Below are positions 36,016-46,665 of a stretch of 64,000 nucleotides of DNA, piece by piece. The position numbers and the translations under genes are program-made. The notes beneath the pieces are model-generated. The model made no database searches, was not told where the DNA came from, and saw only the letters and a list, made by a program, of their open reading frames with translations. Position 1 is the stretch's first letter. Every line of letters begins with the position of its first letter. Origin of the DNA: a bacterium (GTDB taxonomy: Bacteria > Patescibacteriota > Patescibacteriia > UBA2196); assembly GCA_035387885.1 (NCBI GenBank), contig DAOOOW010000003.1, positions 3,498 to 67,497 of the forward strand, in the 5' to 3' direction.

Positions 36016-36753
36016 ATGTTATTAAATAAAATAGTTTTAATCACTGGCGGTAATATGGGTATTGGACTTGCCACCGCCAAATATTTTGCTGAAAACAAGA
36101 TTACTGTTTTATATACTTATTTTGAAGATCAAAATAATAATGAGCAAATAAGTGTTGAATTAAAAAAAATGGGTGCTCCTGAAGTTGAAGGCTTTTTTTT
36201 AGATTTACAAGATGATGAAAATATCAAAAAAATAGCTTGGATAATTAAAGAAAAATATGGCCAAATAGATTATTTAATTAATAATGCGGCTCTCAAATTT
36301 AATGCTTTACTAGAAAATCAGTCTTTTAATATGATTAATAGTCAGTTAAGAGTGAATTTAGAAGGATTAATTAAACTAACTAAGGAATTTTTGCCTTTTA
36401 TTAAAGAGGTTATTATAAATATTGCCAGTGCTTTGGCATTAGAAGGAGCAAAGAAAGATTTAACTATCTATTGTGCCAGCAAATACGGGGTACGGGGATT
36501 TACAAAATCATTAGCTCGAGAATATCCTCAACTAAAAATTTATACGCTTAATCCTAGTTTAACAGCCACTCGTATGGGGCATTTTCAAGGGATGATGCCG
36601 GAAAAAACAGCGGAGATAGTCTTTAATACGGCCATGGGAAAATATCGCGTAAAATCTGGTGCTGACATAAATGTTCGAGATTATAAATATAATAAATTTA
36701 TTAAATTTTTTTTACCGATTTGGCGATTAATTAAAAAGATGATAAAGTTTTAA
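36016..36753 (+). CDS. short-chain dehydrogenase/reductase (SDR)
   Basis: TGGNMGIGLA Rossmann motif and a YCASK catalytic Y..K. Confidence 0.75.
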   Translation: MLLNKIVLITGGNMGIGLATAKYFAENKITVLYTYFEDQNNNEQISVELKKMGAPEVEGFFLDLQDDENIKKIAWIIKEKYGQIDYLINNAALKFNALLENQSFNMINSQLRVNLEGLIKLTKEFLPFIKEVIINIASALALEGAKKDLTIYCASKYGVRGFTKSLAREYPQLKIYTLNPSLTATRMGHFQGMMPEKTAEIVFNTAMGKYRVKSGADINVRDYKYNKFIKFFLPIWRLIKKMIKF

Positions 36754-36795
36754 GGTAAAAAATTAATAATTATTAAAATAATTAAAATAAAAAAT

Positions 36796-37917
36796 ATGAA
36801 AATTTTGAATTTTAATTCTGGTTTCTTGCCAGACAGGGGTGGGGTGGCGACCTATTCTTATGAGTTAACAAAATCTTTATCCGAAAACGACCAAGTAGAA
36901 AAAGTGCAAGTCATAGCTTTTAATGTCTCTGAAGCTGGCGAGGAAAAAGTTAATGACAAATATCATATCATTAGAATTAAGCGCGGAACGGTTGGTCTTT
37001 GGGCTATGGGCTTTATGATTTTAAAATATCTTTGGCAATATAGAGATTTTGATATTATTCATGCGACCAATATGTTTCCTGTGGGTTTTTGGGTGATGAT
37101 TTGGACAAAAATTTTAAGAAAAAAATATTTTATTACCATTTATGGCACCGATACTTTAACCAAACTTGGTTCAAAAAAGACTCGTTTAGCTAAAAAAATT
37201 ATAATGCAACAAGCTACCAAAGTTTTTAGTTTTAGTAATTCTACTACTCAAAAAACATTGGAAAAATATCAAATATCAGCTAAAAATTTTGTAACCATTT
37301 ATCCTGGAGTAACTGGTAATTTTAATAGTAAAATAAATTTTAATCTTAAAAACGAGCTTGGTTTCACTGGGGATGATTTTATTGTTTTAACTATTTGTCA
37401 TTTAGTAGCTCGCAAGGGAGTTGATGATGTAATAAGAGCTATTAGTATGATTGAGGATGAAAGAGTAAAATTAATTATTGGTGGTCAAGGCCCAGAAAAA
37501 GAAAATTTAGAAAATTTAGTTAAAGAATTAAAATTAGAAAAAAGAGTTAAGATTGTGGGTTTGATTCGCGATGTAGAATCATATTATAGAATATCTAATG
37601 TTTTTATTCTTGCTTCCTATTATGATAATACCGGCGATATTGAAGGTTTGGGGATTGTTTTAATTGAAGCGCAATTGAGTAATGTTCCCATAATTGGTAC
37701 TAATAGCGGTGGTATTCCGGAAACTATGCAAAATGGCGTGACCGGTTTTGTTGTTCCAGAACATGGGATAGAAGAAATAAAAGAGAAAATTTTATTTTTA
37801 AAAAATAATCCTGATATTTACCAAAAAATGAGTCAGACGGCTAAGGAATTTTCGATCAAAAATTTCAATTGGGTTAAAGTAGCAAAAGATTATATAAATT
37901 TTTATCAACAGAATTAA
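36796..37917 (+). CDS. GT4 family glycosyltransferase
   Basis: C-terminal EGLGIVLIEAQLSNVPIIGTNSGGIPE. Confidence 0.8.
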   Translation: MKILNFNSGFLPDRGGVATYSYELTKSLSENDQVEKVQVIAFNVSEAGEEKVNDKYHIIRIKRGTVGLWAMGFMILKYLWQYRDFDIIHATNMFPVGFWVMIWTKILRKKYFITIYGTDTLTKLGSKKTRLAKKIIMQQATKVFSFSNSTTQKTLEKYQISAKNFVTIYPGVTGNFNSKINFNLKNELGFTGDDFIVLTICHLVARKGVDDVIRAISMIEDERVKLIIGGQGPEKENLENLVKELKLEKRVKIVGLIRDVESYYRISNVFILASYYDNTGDIEGLGIVLIEAQLSNVPIIGTNSGGIPETMQNGVTGFVVPEHGIEEIKEKILFLKNNPDIYQKMSQTAKEFSIKNFNWVKVAKDYINFYQQN

Positions 37918-37920
37918 AAT

Positions 37921-38616
37921 ATGAATGATAAATTAATTTCTTTTTACAATAATTTATACAGTAAAAAACAGACAAACGCCATGAGACCTTTTAAAGAGTA
38001 TCAGTTTTTTTTAAATTTTTTAAAGCCTTTTGGAACAGATCAAAAAATTTTAGATGTTGCTTGTGGGACCGGTTTTTTGTTAAAAGCCGCGGTAGATGAT
38101 GGTTTAAAAACTTATGGCATAGATATTGCAAATGAAGCGGTTAAAATTTCTCAAAAAAATAGTCCGCAATCAGAAATTTTTTTGGGTTTGGCAGAAGAAT
38201 TGCCGTTCGCAAATAATTTTTTTGATTTTATTTATTGTTTGGGTAGCATTGAACATTTTTCTGATATTAACAAAGGCTTGCTTGAAATGTTAAGAGTTGG
38301 TAAAGAAAATGCTAAATATCTTTTGGTAGTACCCAATAAAAATTATTTTGCTTGGTGGTTTACCCAAAAAAAAGGAACACATCAACGTGATATTGGCGAA
38401 GAATTAAAATCGTTAAAAGAATGGGTTAGTCTTTTTGAAAGTGCTGGTTTTAGAATTATTAAAATTAAACAAGATAAGTGGCCCACTAGGTGCTTACCTT
38501 GGTTTTACAGTTTTAATCCATTAAAAATTTTTAAGAGATTATTTTTTAAGCTGATTTGGATGGTGTTACCTTTAAAATATACTTATCAATTTATAATCGT
38601 TGCTGAGAAAAAATAA
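37921..38616 (+). CDS. class I SAM-dependent methyltransferase
   Basis: LDVACGTGFLL motif I. Confidence 0.7.
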   Translation: MNDKLISFYNNLYSKKQTNAMRPFKEYQFFLNFLKPFGTDQKILDVACGTGFLLKAAVDDGLKTYGIDIANEAVKISQKNSPQSEIFLGLAEELPFANNFFDFIYCLGSIEHFSDINKGLLEMLRVGKENAKYLLVVPNKNYFAWWFTQKKGTHQRDIGEELKSLKEWVSLFESAGFRIIKIKQDKWPTRCLPWFYSFNPLKIFKRLFFKLIWMVLPLKYTYQFIIVAEKK

Positions 38617-38619
38617 TTT

Positions 38620-39234
38620 ATGACTTACTGGGAAATTTTTTTTAGAGAAAAAATTAAAAAGATATTTTTGGAAAAAAAGACCGTCATTGATATTGGCGGT
38701 GGTTTAAGAATTACATCAGAAAAAGGAAATCGTTATGATAAAGAGAGAGATTGGTTAAAGCCATACGCCGCAAAAGTTGATTATAAAATTTTGGATCCAG
38801 TGCCAGATTATAATCCCGATATAGTTGGCGATATACATAATTTGCCGTTTGAGGATAGTTCGGTTGATGCTATTGTTTGTTTAGCGGTCTTGGAACATGT
38901 GGAAAATCCGATTAAGGCAGTTTCTGAAATTAAGAGGGTTTTAAAACCAGGGGGCTTTTGTTTGGTTACGGTACCTTTTTTATATTACTATCACGCAGAG
39001 AAAGGTTATTATAAAGATTATTGGAGATTTACTGAGGATGCAGTGGAATTTATTTTTAAGGATTTTTCTAATATAGAAAAGATTAATATCCGGGGCGCTT
39101 TGTCAACTTGGGTAAAGATTTCTCCTTTAGGTAAATATAAATTATTTATAATAATAGCCGCTTTTTTCGATAAAATTTTTAAAAAAATAAATAGTAAACA
39201 AACCAGCGGTTATTGTATTTTTTTGACTAAATAA
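38620..39234 (+). CDS. class I SAM-dependent methyltransferase
   Basis: VIDIGGG motif I and LKPGGFCLVTVP. Confidence 0.7.
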   Translation: MTYWEIFFREKIKKIFLEKKTVIDIGGGLRITSEKGNRYDKERDWLKPYAAKVDYKILDPVPDYNPDIVGDIHNLPFEDSSVDAIVCLAVLEHVENPIKAVSEIKRVLKPGGFCLVTVPFLYYYHAEKGYYKDYWRFTEDAVEFIFKDFSNIEKINIRGALSTWVKISPLGKYKLFIIIAAFFDKIFKKINSKQTSGYCIFLTK

Positions 39235-39236
39235 TT

Positions 39237-40397
39237 ATGAAAATTTTATATTTTGCCAATTCTCGCATTCCTACAGAAAAGGCTTATGGACTGCAAATTA
39301 TGAAAACATGTGAAGCTTTGGCCGAAAATGGCGTGAGTGTAGATTTAATTTTGCCGACCAGAAAAAACAGGCCTTTTAAGGGCATAGACGTTTTTGAATA
39401 TTATGGGGTTAAAAAAAATTTTGAAATTAAGAGAATTTTAAGTCACGATCCAAATTGGCTTATGATTTTGCCAAATGGAATTTTTATCAAGGCGCAAATT
39501 TTTTTCTTTAGCCTTTCCTTGTTTTTATTTTTATTTTTTAAACAAAGCAAAAAAGATTTTATTTTTTATACCCGCGATGAATATCTTTTGCCAATATTAT
39601 TAAATTTTTCCAAAAAAGTTTTTTGGGAAGCGCACACTTTGCCACGAAACGGCAAGCATTACTTAAAATTTTGGCACAAATGTGTTGGAATTGTGGCAAT
39701 TACCGAAGGTTTGAAAAAAGATTTGATAAAATTGGGTTTGGAAGAAAATAAAATTATGGTGGCGCCGGATGGGGTGGATTTAAAAAATTTTGAATTAAGA
39801 ATTAAGAATTATGAATTAAGGGCGAGGTTTAACTTGCCGGCGGACAAAAAGATAGTGATGTATACGGGGCATCTTTATGATTGGAAAGGAACACAAACTT
39901 TGGCTGAGGCGGCGGAATTTTTGAATGATGACGCAATTGTTGTTTTTATTGGTGGAACGGATTTTGATTTGAAAAATTTTAAAAATAAAAATAGGGAATT
40001 GATTGAGAAAGGAAAAATTTTGCTTTTGGGCCAAAGGCCGCCAAGAGAAATCCCAGAATTTTTGGCCGTAGCTGATTGTTTGATTTTGCCAAATTCTGGT
40101 AAAGAGAATCGTTCAGAAAAATATACTTCACCCATGAAAATGTTTGAGTATTTGGCTGCAGGAAAGCCGATCGTGGCTTCAAATTTGCCTTCAATTAAAG
40201 AAATTTTAAATCAAGATAATGCTGTTTTGGTAGAAGCAGATAAACCCGAAGAATTTGCACGAGGAATTGTGAAAGTTTTGACCGATGACCCCGAGTGCTC
40301 AGGATTGGCACAAAAAATTTCAGCACAAGCCAAGGAAGACTCAAAAAAATATAGTTGGCTGAAAAGAGTAGAAAAAATTTTAAATTTTATCAGATAA
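39237..40397 (+). CDS. GT4 family glycosyltransferase
   Basis: GT-B C-terminal domain (YTSPMKMFEYLAAGKPIVASN). Heptanucleotide repeat at 39792-39820. Confidence 0.75.
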   Translation: MKILYFANSRIPTEKAYGLQIMKTCEALAENGVSVDLILPTRKNRPFKGIDVFEYYGVKKNFEIKRILSHDPNWLMILPNGIFIKAQIFFFSLSLFLFLFFKQSKKDFIFYTRDEYLLPILLNFSKKVFWEAHTLPRNGKHYLKFWHKCVGIVAITEGLKKDLIKLGLEENKIMVAPDGVDLKNFELRIKNYELRARFNLPADKKIVMYTGHLYDWKGTQTLAEAAEFLNDDAIVVFIGGTDFDLKNFKNKNRELIEKGKILLLGQRPPREIPEFLAVADCLILPNSGKENRSEKYTSPMKMFEYLAAGKPIVASNLPSIKEILNQDNAVLVEADKPEEFARGIVKVLTDDPECSGLAQKISAQAKEDSKKYSWLKRVEKILNFIR

Positions 40398-40404
40398 TTT
40401 TTTT

Positions 40405-41787
40405 ATGAAAATTTTTATCTTAAACCCATTGCTTTTTACCGATGAATTGCACGGAATTGCGCGCAAAAGACAGCCGTTGGAATTGGCCTATATGGCCAGT
40501 TTGTTTAGAGGAGAACACGAAGTTAAACTTTTGGATGCCAACGCTCTAAATTTGGATTTGGGACAAACAGTGGCCGAAATTAAAAATTTTCAGCCGGATA
40601 TTTTGATTTTGACTTCTACGCCATTGGATCGCTGGGAAGTGCCATCGCATTCACATATTAAATTGTTAATTAATAATTTAATTAAAACAATTAATGTTTT
40701 AGATATTCCGTATGTAATTTTGACCGGTGCGCACGGCACCATTATGCCGGAAAAAATGTTGAAAGAAACGAAAGTTAATTTTGTGGTGCGTGGTGAACCG
40801 GAGATGGTTGTAAAAGATTTGGTGGAAAAAATTTCAGTCGGTGAAAAAGATTATTCCGAAATTAAGGGAATTTCATATCTTCAAAATGGTGAAATAAAAA
40901 ATAACGCGGACGCGAAAAGAATTAAAAATTTGGACGAACTGCCGATGCCGGCGTATGATTTGTTGCCGATGGAAAAATATCGTTATACTTTTAACGATAT
41001 TCCCGAACCGTTTTCTTTAATGCTAACTTCCCGCGGGTGCCCCTTTAATTGTACCTATTGTTTGAAAGTGATGATGCCCGATTTTTATATTACACGCAGT
41101 CCTGAGAATGTGGCTGAAGAAATAAAATATTTAACAAAAAAATTTGGTGTTAAGGGAATTTATTTTCAGGATTGGGAGTTTTTGATTGATAAAAAAAGGA
41201 TAGCGACAATTTGTGATTTGATTTTGAAAGAAAATTTGGAAATTAAATGGGGTTGCAATGCGCGGGCGCCGGATGTAGACGAAGAAATTGTGAAGAAAAT
41301 GAAAGATGCCGGTTGTGTGCGAATTAATTTGGGTTTTGAAACGGGTTCGCAAAAAGTTTTGGATTTGGCGCAAAAAAAAGTGAAAGTTGAAGAAATGAAA
41401 AGAGCGTTTGAAATCTTAAAAAAATATGAAATAAATGTCGGGATTTATTCAATTTTAAATTTGCCGGGCGAGACAAGACAAACCATTGCGGAAACGGAAA
41501 ATTTTTTGGCGGAAAATGATTTGAAAACAATGTGCGCACCAAATTTGCCGATTCCATATCTTGGCACGCCACTTTATGAAATGTTAAAAAAGCAAGAAGG
41601 CAAGGAGGTGGCTTGGGAAGATTTAGATAAATATGCCGGTCGGGTGGGGGTGGTGCAAAGTCCGTTTTTAGCCAAAATTTATCGCTGGCATTACAAATAT
41701 AAATATAGCTTGGGCAGGTGGTATTTTTTAAAGCCAGAATTTTATGGGCATTTTTTAAAATTTATAAAAAATATATTAAAAATATGA
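40405..41787 (+). CDS. B12-binding-domain radical SAM enzyme (class B)
   Basis: MKIFILNP N-terminus and LTSRGCPFNCTYC. Confidence 0.8.
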   Translation: MKIFILNPLLFTDELHGIARKRQPLELAYMASLFRGEHEVKLLDANALNLDLGQTVAEIKNFQPDILILTSTPLDRWEVPSHSHIKLLINNLIKTINVLDIPYVILTGAHGTIMPEKMLKETKVNFVVRGEPEMVVKDLVEKISVGEKDYSEIKGISYLQNGEIKNNADAKRIKNLDELPMPAYDLLPMEKYRYTFNDIPEPFSLMLTSRGCPFNCTYCLKVMMPDFYITRSPENVAEEIKYLTKKFGVKGIYFQDWEFLIDKKRIATICDLILKENLEIKWGCNARAPDVDEEIVKKMKDAGCVRINLGFETGSQKVLDLAQKKVKVEEMKRAFEILKKYEINVGIYSILNLPGETRQTIAETENFLAENDLKTMCAPNLPIPYLGTPLYEMLKKQEGKEVAWEDLDKYAGRVGVVQSPFLAKIYRWHYKYKYSLGRWYFLKPEFYGHFLKFIKNILKI

Positions 41788-42929
41788 AAATAGCAATTTT
41801 TTCTTTTGACATTGATCGTGCTTATGGAACAGGTAATATTACTTATGAATTATGCGTGGAGCTTTATAAAAAAGGAGTCGATTTTACTTTGTTTTTACCA
41901 CAGATTAATAACCGTGACGGCAAACCAAACAGTGAAAAATGTGTCGGATTTCCTTTTACAATTAAATGTGTAATGCCACCCTATGTGTCTGGACTTGGTG
42001 AAATGATTAAAAAGAAACTGATTGTGCAATATTTAAAAACTTATAATTTAAAAGATTTTACTTTAGTTCATTGTTTGTTTGAATTTCCGCATTCATTTAT
42101 TACCGCCCGCTCGGCCAAAAAAAATAAATTGCCTTTTATTATGGGCGCGCAAGGAACCTATGGGGTTTTGCCTTTAACTAAAAGTGCCCGACCGTTTTTA
42201 AAGTGGTCTTATAGCCAAGCTAAAGAAATTATTGTGCCGAGCCAATTTACCAAAGAGATGATAAACAAATACGCTGGTGAAAATTATCCCATTTCCATAA
42301 TTCATAATGGTGTTAATTTTTCTCGTTTTGAAAAAGCACCAGACATTTCAGATTTACGAGAAAAATACAAAGGACAGAAAATTTTGTTGACAGTTGGTGG
42401 ATTAATTCCACGCAAAGGACAGGATTTGGTTATTCGGGCGTTGCCAAAAGTCGTGGCCAAGCATTCGAGTGTAAAATATATTTTAGCTGGCACCGGCCGA
42501 ATGCTAGAACCGTGGCAAAAAATGGCGGAAAGTTTGGGTCTGGCAAACAGGGTTGAATTTTTGGGGCGAGTTGAGGCGGACGATGTCAATCGGTGGTTTC
42601 ATTTTTGTGATATTTATGTTCATACACCAATTGTGGTTAATTTAAGTTTTGAAGGTTTCGGCATTGTTTATATCGAAGCTAGTGCTTGTGGCAAGCCGAT
42701 TGTTGCGAGCGACGCGGGTGGTATTCGTGACGCTATTATTGAGGGTAAAACCGGTTTAATCGCGCGCGATAGAAATATTAATGATATCGCTGATAAAATT
42801 ATTAAATTATTAGACAGCGAGGATTTGCGCCGTCAGATGGGCGAAGCAGGCAGACAATATGCCAAAGAGCACGACTGGTCAATTATTACTGATAAATTTA
42901 TTGAAAAGTACAAACAATATAGTTTATGA
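41784..42929 (+). CDS. GT4 family glycosyltransferase
   Basis: C-terminal EGFGIVYIEASACGKPIVASDAGG. Start taken at MKIAIFSF. The track ORF has a 5' extension overlapping the upstream gene. Confidence 0.8.
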   Translation: MKIAIFSFDIDRAYGTGNITYELCVELYKKGVDFTLFLPQINNRDGKPNSEKCVGFPFTIKCVMPPYVSGLGEMIKKKLIVQYLKTYNLKDFTLVHCLFEFPHSFITARSAKKNKLPFIMGAQGTYGVLPLTKSARPFLKWSYSQAKEIIVPSQFTKEMINKYAGENYPISIIHNGVNFSRFEKAPDISDLREKYKGQKILLTVGGLIPRKGQDLVIRALPKVVAKHSSVKYILAGTGRMLEPWQKMAESLGLANRVEFLGRVEADDVNRWFHFCDIYVHTPIVVNLSFEGFGIVYIEASACGKPIVASDAGGIRDAIIEGKTGLIARDRNINDIADKIIKLLDSEDLRRQMGEAGRQYAKEHDWSIITDKFIEKYKQYSL

Positions 42930-42946
42930 AATTTTGCAAAATAAAA

Positions 42947-42979
42947 ATGCCGACCTGATAGAAAGATCGGCGTTTTTTG
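42947..42979. terminator. bidirectional terminator (imperfect hairpin plus T6)
   Basis: gccgacctgatagaaagatcggc followed by tttttt, with an A-run on the other side. Confidence 0.45.
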
Positions 42980-42990
42980 ACGAATATTAT

Positions 42991-43659
42991 TTACTTTCTG
43001 GCAAGCCCATAGGCTTCCAGTGCCAACCTAGCAACCCTTTCTGGATACCAGTGTCCGCAGACACCGGGCACTAAGTCCTTAAGATCGAACAACCTTATTG
43101 CCGTATGATCGCTATCGTGGTACAGAGGTTGCTGGCCGTTATAGGTGGCAAGATAGCACAGGTTGATGGTGTCACATAATGTGCCGAGTGCCTCGGTATC
43201 TTCTGCGATCGTGCGATAGACGCCAATTAAAGTTACAATGGTTATATCCATACACGAATCCGAATCATCACGCAAGTTATTTTGCGTTATAAATTGTTCA
43301 ATCGACAACGATGTTAGACCACATTCTTTAGCTACTTTCCATAGAAGAAATTGCTTAACTGGGTAGAGAGTTAAAATTGTTCCACCCATAATCCACCAAC
43401 AATTTTTAAAAGGTGGTTTAGCACGAAGAATCATGGGAACCTTACCGTTTTCGATAATTACTGCATCAGCACAAGCCGACGTTAGTTTTGAACGATATAA
43501 TTTGTAAGTACTAACGCTCAGTCTATCTCTTGATATCTTAATAGATGGTTTAGTTATTAACAATAAATCTTGGCTAAACTTTTTTATCAAATTATCACCT
43601 AATTCAGTTATATTTTTTTCTATAATAATTGTGTCAAGCAAAATACCTGATTTGTTCAT
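42991..43659 (-). CDS. hypothetical protein with a Nudix-like fold and a degenerate Nudix box
   Basis: AVIIENGKVPMILRAKPPFKNCWWIMGGTI resembles a Nudix beta-strand and loop. The box is GGTILTLYPVKQFLLWKVAKECGL, missing the REx2EE glutamates. GC is elevated in the 3' half. Confidence 0.3.
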   Translation of the reverse strand: MNKSGILLDTIIIEKNITELGDNLIKKFSQDLLLITKPSIKISRDRLSVSTYKLYRSKLTSACADAVIIENGKVPMILRAKPPFKNCWWIMGGTILTLYPVKQFLLWKVAKECGLTSLSIEQFITQNNLRDDSDSCMDITIVTLIGVYRTIAEDTEALGTLCDTINLCYLATYNGQQPLYHDSDHTAIRLFDLKDLVPGVCGHWYPERVARLALEAYGLARK

Positions 43660-43791
43660 TTATAACCTCCTTTTTTTAAATTTGAAAGTTTTTATATTTT
43701 ATAACATAATTTTAAAATAACGTCAAGTTGACATAAAAAGCAAATAATATTAAGATAAAATAATTATAAATAATTTAAATTATATTTTTTT

Positions 43792-44763
43792 ATGAAACAT
43801 TTAGTTATTGGCGGTTGTGGTTTTATTGGCAGCAATTTAGCCACTTATCTTAATTCATTAGGCGAAGAAGTAACAGTTTTAGATAATCTTTCTAGAGTTG
43901 GTTCAGAAATAAATTTAAGGTGGTTAGAAAAAATGGGTGTCAAATCCATTAGGGCTGACGTTTTAGAGCAAGATATTTTTAATCCCGAGGATTTTGATGT
44001 GATATATATGTTAGCTGGACAAACAGCAGTTACTCATTCAGTTGAGAATCCGCGTCATGATTTTATGGTTAATGTAACTGGCGTATTTAATGTTTTAGAA
44101 ACCATTAGAAAATCAGTTAAAAAGCCACGTTTAGTTTTTGCTTCTACCAACAAAGTTTACGGTCATTTGCAAATAAATCAACCATGTGATGAATCAACTC
44201 CTTTAGATTTTTATACACCATATGGTTGTTCAAAAGGTACAGCTGATCAATATATTAGAGATTATGCTCGAATTTTTGATTTATGTACAACGGTTTTAAG
44301 ACAATCATGTATTTATGGTCATCGGCAATGGGGTACTGAAGATCAGGGTTGGTTGGCTTGGTTTGCTTTAAGAATTTTGCAAGAAAAAGAAATTACAATT
44401 TTTGGTGATGGTTCACAGGTTAGAGATTTGCTTTACATTAGTGATTTAGTAGAACTTTATTATAAAATTGCTAGCGCACCAAAAGAAATTGTTCAAGGAA
44501 AAATTTATAATGTGGGTGGCGGATTAGAAAATTCTAGAAGTTTGTCTGAAGCAATTTATGAAATTAATAAATATACAGGTAAAAATCCTAAATTAATATT
44601 TGCCCCAGAAAGACCTGGCGATCAGCCATATTTTGTAAGCGATAATACTAAACTTAAAAAAGAACTTAGTTGGGAGCCAAAAATTAATGTTAATCAGGGC
44701 TTATTAAAATTATTAACTTGGCTAGAAAAAGGAGCTATACCTTATTATAATCAAAAACAATAA
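43792..44763 (+). CDS. NAD-dependent sugar epimerase/dehydratase (SDR extended family, CDP-paratose/tyvelose epimerase-like)
   Basis: IGGCGFIGSNLA Rossmann motif and the YGCSK catalytic motif. Confidence 0.8.
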   Translation: MKHLVIGGCGFIGSNLATYLNSLGEEVTVLDNLSRVGSEINLRWLEKMGVKSIRADVLEQDIFNPEDFDVIYMLAGQTAVTHSVENPRHDFMVNVTGVFNVLETIRKSVKKPRLVFASTNKVYGHLQINQPCDESTPLDFYTPYGCSKGTADQYIRDYARIFDLCTTVLRQSCIYGHRQWGTEDQGWLAWFALRILQEKEITIFGDGSQVRDLLYISDLVELYYKIASAPKEIVQGKIYNVGGGLENSRSLSEAIYEINKYTGKNPKLIFAPERPGDQPYFVSDNTKLKKELSWEPKINVNQGLLKLLTWLEKGAIPYYNQKQ

Positions 44764-44775
44764 TAAATTTTTTTA

Positions 44776-44812
44776 AACGGTTTATTTATAATCAATAAAC
44801 CGTTTTTTCTTG
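44776..44812 (+). terminator. rho-independent terminator
   Basis: aaacggtttatt...aataaaccgttt followed by tttt. Confidence 0.6.
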
Positions 44813-44847
44813 TAATTTTTTAAAATTTTTATTATAATTAGATTAAG

Positions 44848-46170
44848 ATGATTAAAAAAATTAAGTCATTGTCTCAATCTAATTTTGTTAAAGACACAGC
44901 TATTTTGCAAGTCGGAACAATATTTTCTACCGGCTTGTCTTTTTTGGCATCTGTTATTTTTGCTCGCGTTTTGGGCCCAGAAAAATATGGTCAATACGCG
45001 CTTATTTTTTCTTTAACCGGTCTTTTTGGGATTTTTATGAATTGGGGCGCAGATTATGCTACCATTACTCTGTTAGCTGAAGCTTGGGCTAAACGTGATA
45101 AAGAAGAAATAAAGAATATTATTATTTTTTTTATAAAATTTAGTTTAATTGCTACTTTAACCGTTGGATTATTGGCTTTAATTTTTTCTCCGTTACTTGC
45201 CCAACATTTATATCATAACGAACAAATTGGACACTGGGCAAGAGTGGTTATATTAACCATTTGCTTTCAATTTATTTTCAGTTTACTAACCATTATTTTA
45301 CAGGCCGCTAGAAAAATTAAACACTTAACTATTTTAGAAAATATTAATAAAACCGCTGGTATTGTTATACCAACAATTTTTGTTTTAATTGGTTTGGGAC
45401 TTTATGGAATTGTCTGGGGTAATTTGTTAGCAGTTTTATTTTTTGTTTTTCTTTCTTTTTATATTTATCATGTGCTTTTAAAAAGAACTGAACTTTTACC
45501 AAGTTTTAAAATAATTTTATATGGTTTAAAAAATATTTCCACTAAAAAATATATTAAATTTGGTTTAACTATTGCTTTTGATAAAAATTTAGCCAATTTA
45601 AGCGCCGCTTTACCAATGATATTTTTAGGAATGACAGTTAGTCCAACACAAATTAGTTATTTTAAAATCGCCTTTGCCTATATTGGTTTGTCTTTAATTC
45701 TTTTAAAACCTATTTCTAGATTATTAATGGTACAACTACCTAAATCAAAAGTTATGGGTTATTCAATTCTTAAAGAACATTTTTTCAAAACGACCATTTA
45801 TTCTTTTTTAATAGTTTTAATTATTATTATTCCAATGTTGATTCTAGCCAAATTTTTAGTTTTGCTTGTCTATGGTGCTAATTATTTACCTTGTGTAAAA
45901 TTAATTTATTGGCTCTGGCCTTATGCCTTGATATCATCTTTGACAGTTGGTATTGGTACTTTTTATAGAACTATTAACAAAGTAAAAATGGCTGTCGTGG
46001 TTAATTTTTTAAATTTAATCATTGGTACGCCAATTTTTTATTGGTTAATTAAAAATTACGGTTTAACTGGAATGATCATAAGCGTTACTCTTTGTTTGGG
46101 CATTCCGGTTTTAATCATTTTGTGTTATATTAGTTATCAACTTAAAAAAATAAACATTCCAATAAATTAA
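44848..46170 (+). CDS. Wzx-type polysaccharide/O-unit flippase (MOP superfamily)
   Basis: About 12 TM segments. N-terminal KDTAILQVGTIFSTGLSFLASVIFARVLGPEKYG is typical of polysaccharide biosynthesis flippases. Confidence 0.7.
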   Translation: MIKKIKSLSQSNFVKDTAILQVGTIFSTGLSFLASVIFARVLGPEKYGQYALIFSLTGLFGIFMNWGADYATITLLAEAWAKRDKEEIKNIIIFFIKFSLIATLTVGLLALIFSPLLAQHLYHNEQIGHWARVVILTICFQFIFSLLTIILQAARKIKHLTILENINKTAGIVIPTIFVLIGLGLYGIVWGNLLAVLFFVFLSFYIYHVLLKRTELLPSFKIILYGLKNISTKKYIKFGLTIAFDKNLANLSAALPMIFLGMTVSPTQISYFKIAFAYIGLSLILLKPISRLLMVQLPKSKVMGYSILKEHFFKTTIYSFLIVLIIIIPMLILAKFLVLLVYGANYLPCVKLIYWLWPYALISSLTVGIGTFYRTINKVKMAVVVNFLNLIIGTPIFYWLIKNYGLTGMIISVTLCLGIPVLIILCYISYQLKKINIPIN

Positions 46171-46192
46171 AAAAATAATTATATTTAATAAT

Positions 46193-46645
46193 ATGTCAGA
46201 AAATAAAATTAAACTTGATCTTGGGTGTGGCAAAGAAAAAAAAGATGGTTTTATCGGTATTGATATTAATCCACAAAGTCAGGCCGATATTATTGCCTCT
46301 GCTTTAAATTTACCTTTTAAAGAAAATTCAGTCGATGAAATTTATTCCCGCCATGTGGGTGAACATTTTTCGCCGATTGAAATAGATATTTTTTTTAAGG
46401 AAATATATCGTGTATTAAAACCGGGCAGTAAAGCATTTTTAAAAATTGATCGCGATTGGAGTAAAAAAAGACTATTAAAAAAAGATAGCACACACGCTTA
46501 CCGTTATAGCACTGAAGAAATCAGGCAACATCTCAAAAATTTCAAATTTTCCAAAGTAAAAAATACTTTCTATTTTACCAAAACCCCTGATACTTTTTTG
46601 GGTTATACTTTTTATAACAAAATTTTTGTCTGGTTGGAAAAATAA
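46193..46645 (+). CDS. small class I SAM-dependent methyltransferase
   Basis: LDLGCGKEKKDGFIGID motif I and VLKPGS. Confidence 0.6.
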   Translation: MSENKIKLDLGCGKEKKDGFIGIDINPQSQADIIASALNLPFKENSVDEIYSRHVGEHFSPIEIDIFFKEIYRVLKPGSKAFLKIDRDWSKKRLLKKDSTHAYRYSTEEIRQHLKNFKFSKVKNTFYFTKTPDTFLGYTFYNKIFVWLEK

Positions 46646-46665
46646 GAAATATAAAAATATCTTTT

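Noticed and set aside
41718-41783. 5' extension of the GT4 ORF overlapping the radical SAM gene
   Set aside because: The GT-B fold begins at MKIAIFSF (41784). The extension is read-through in another gene's 3' end.
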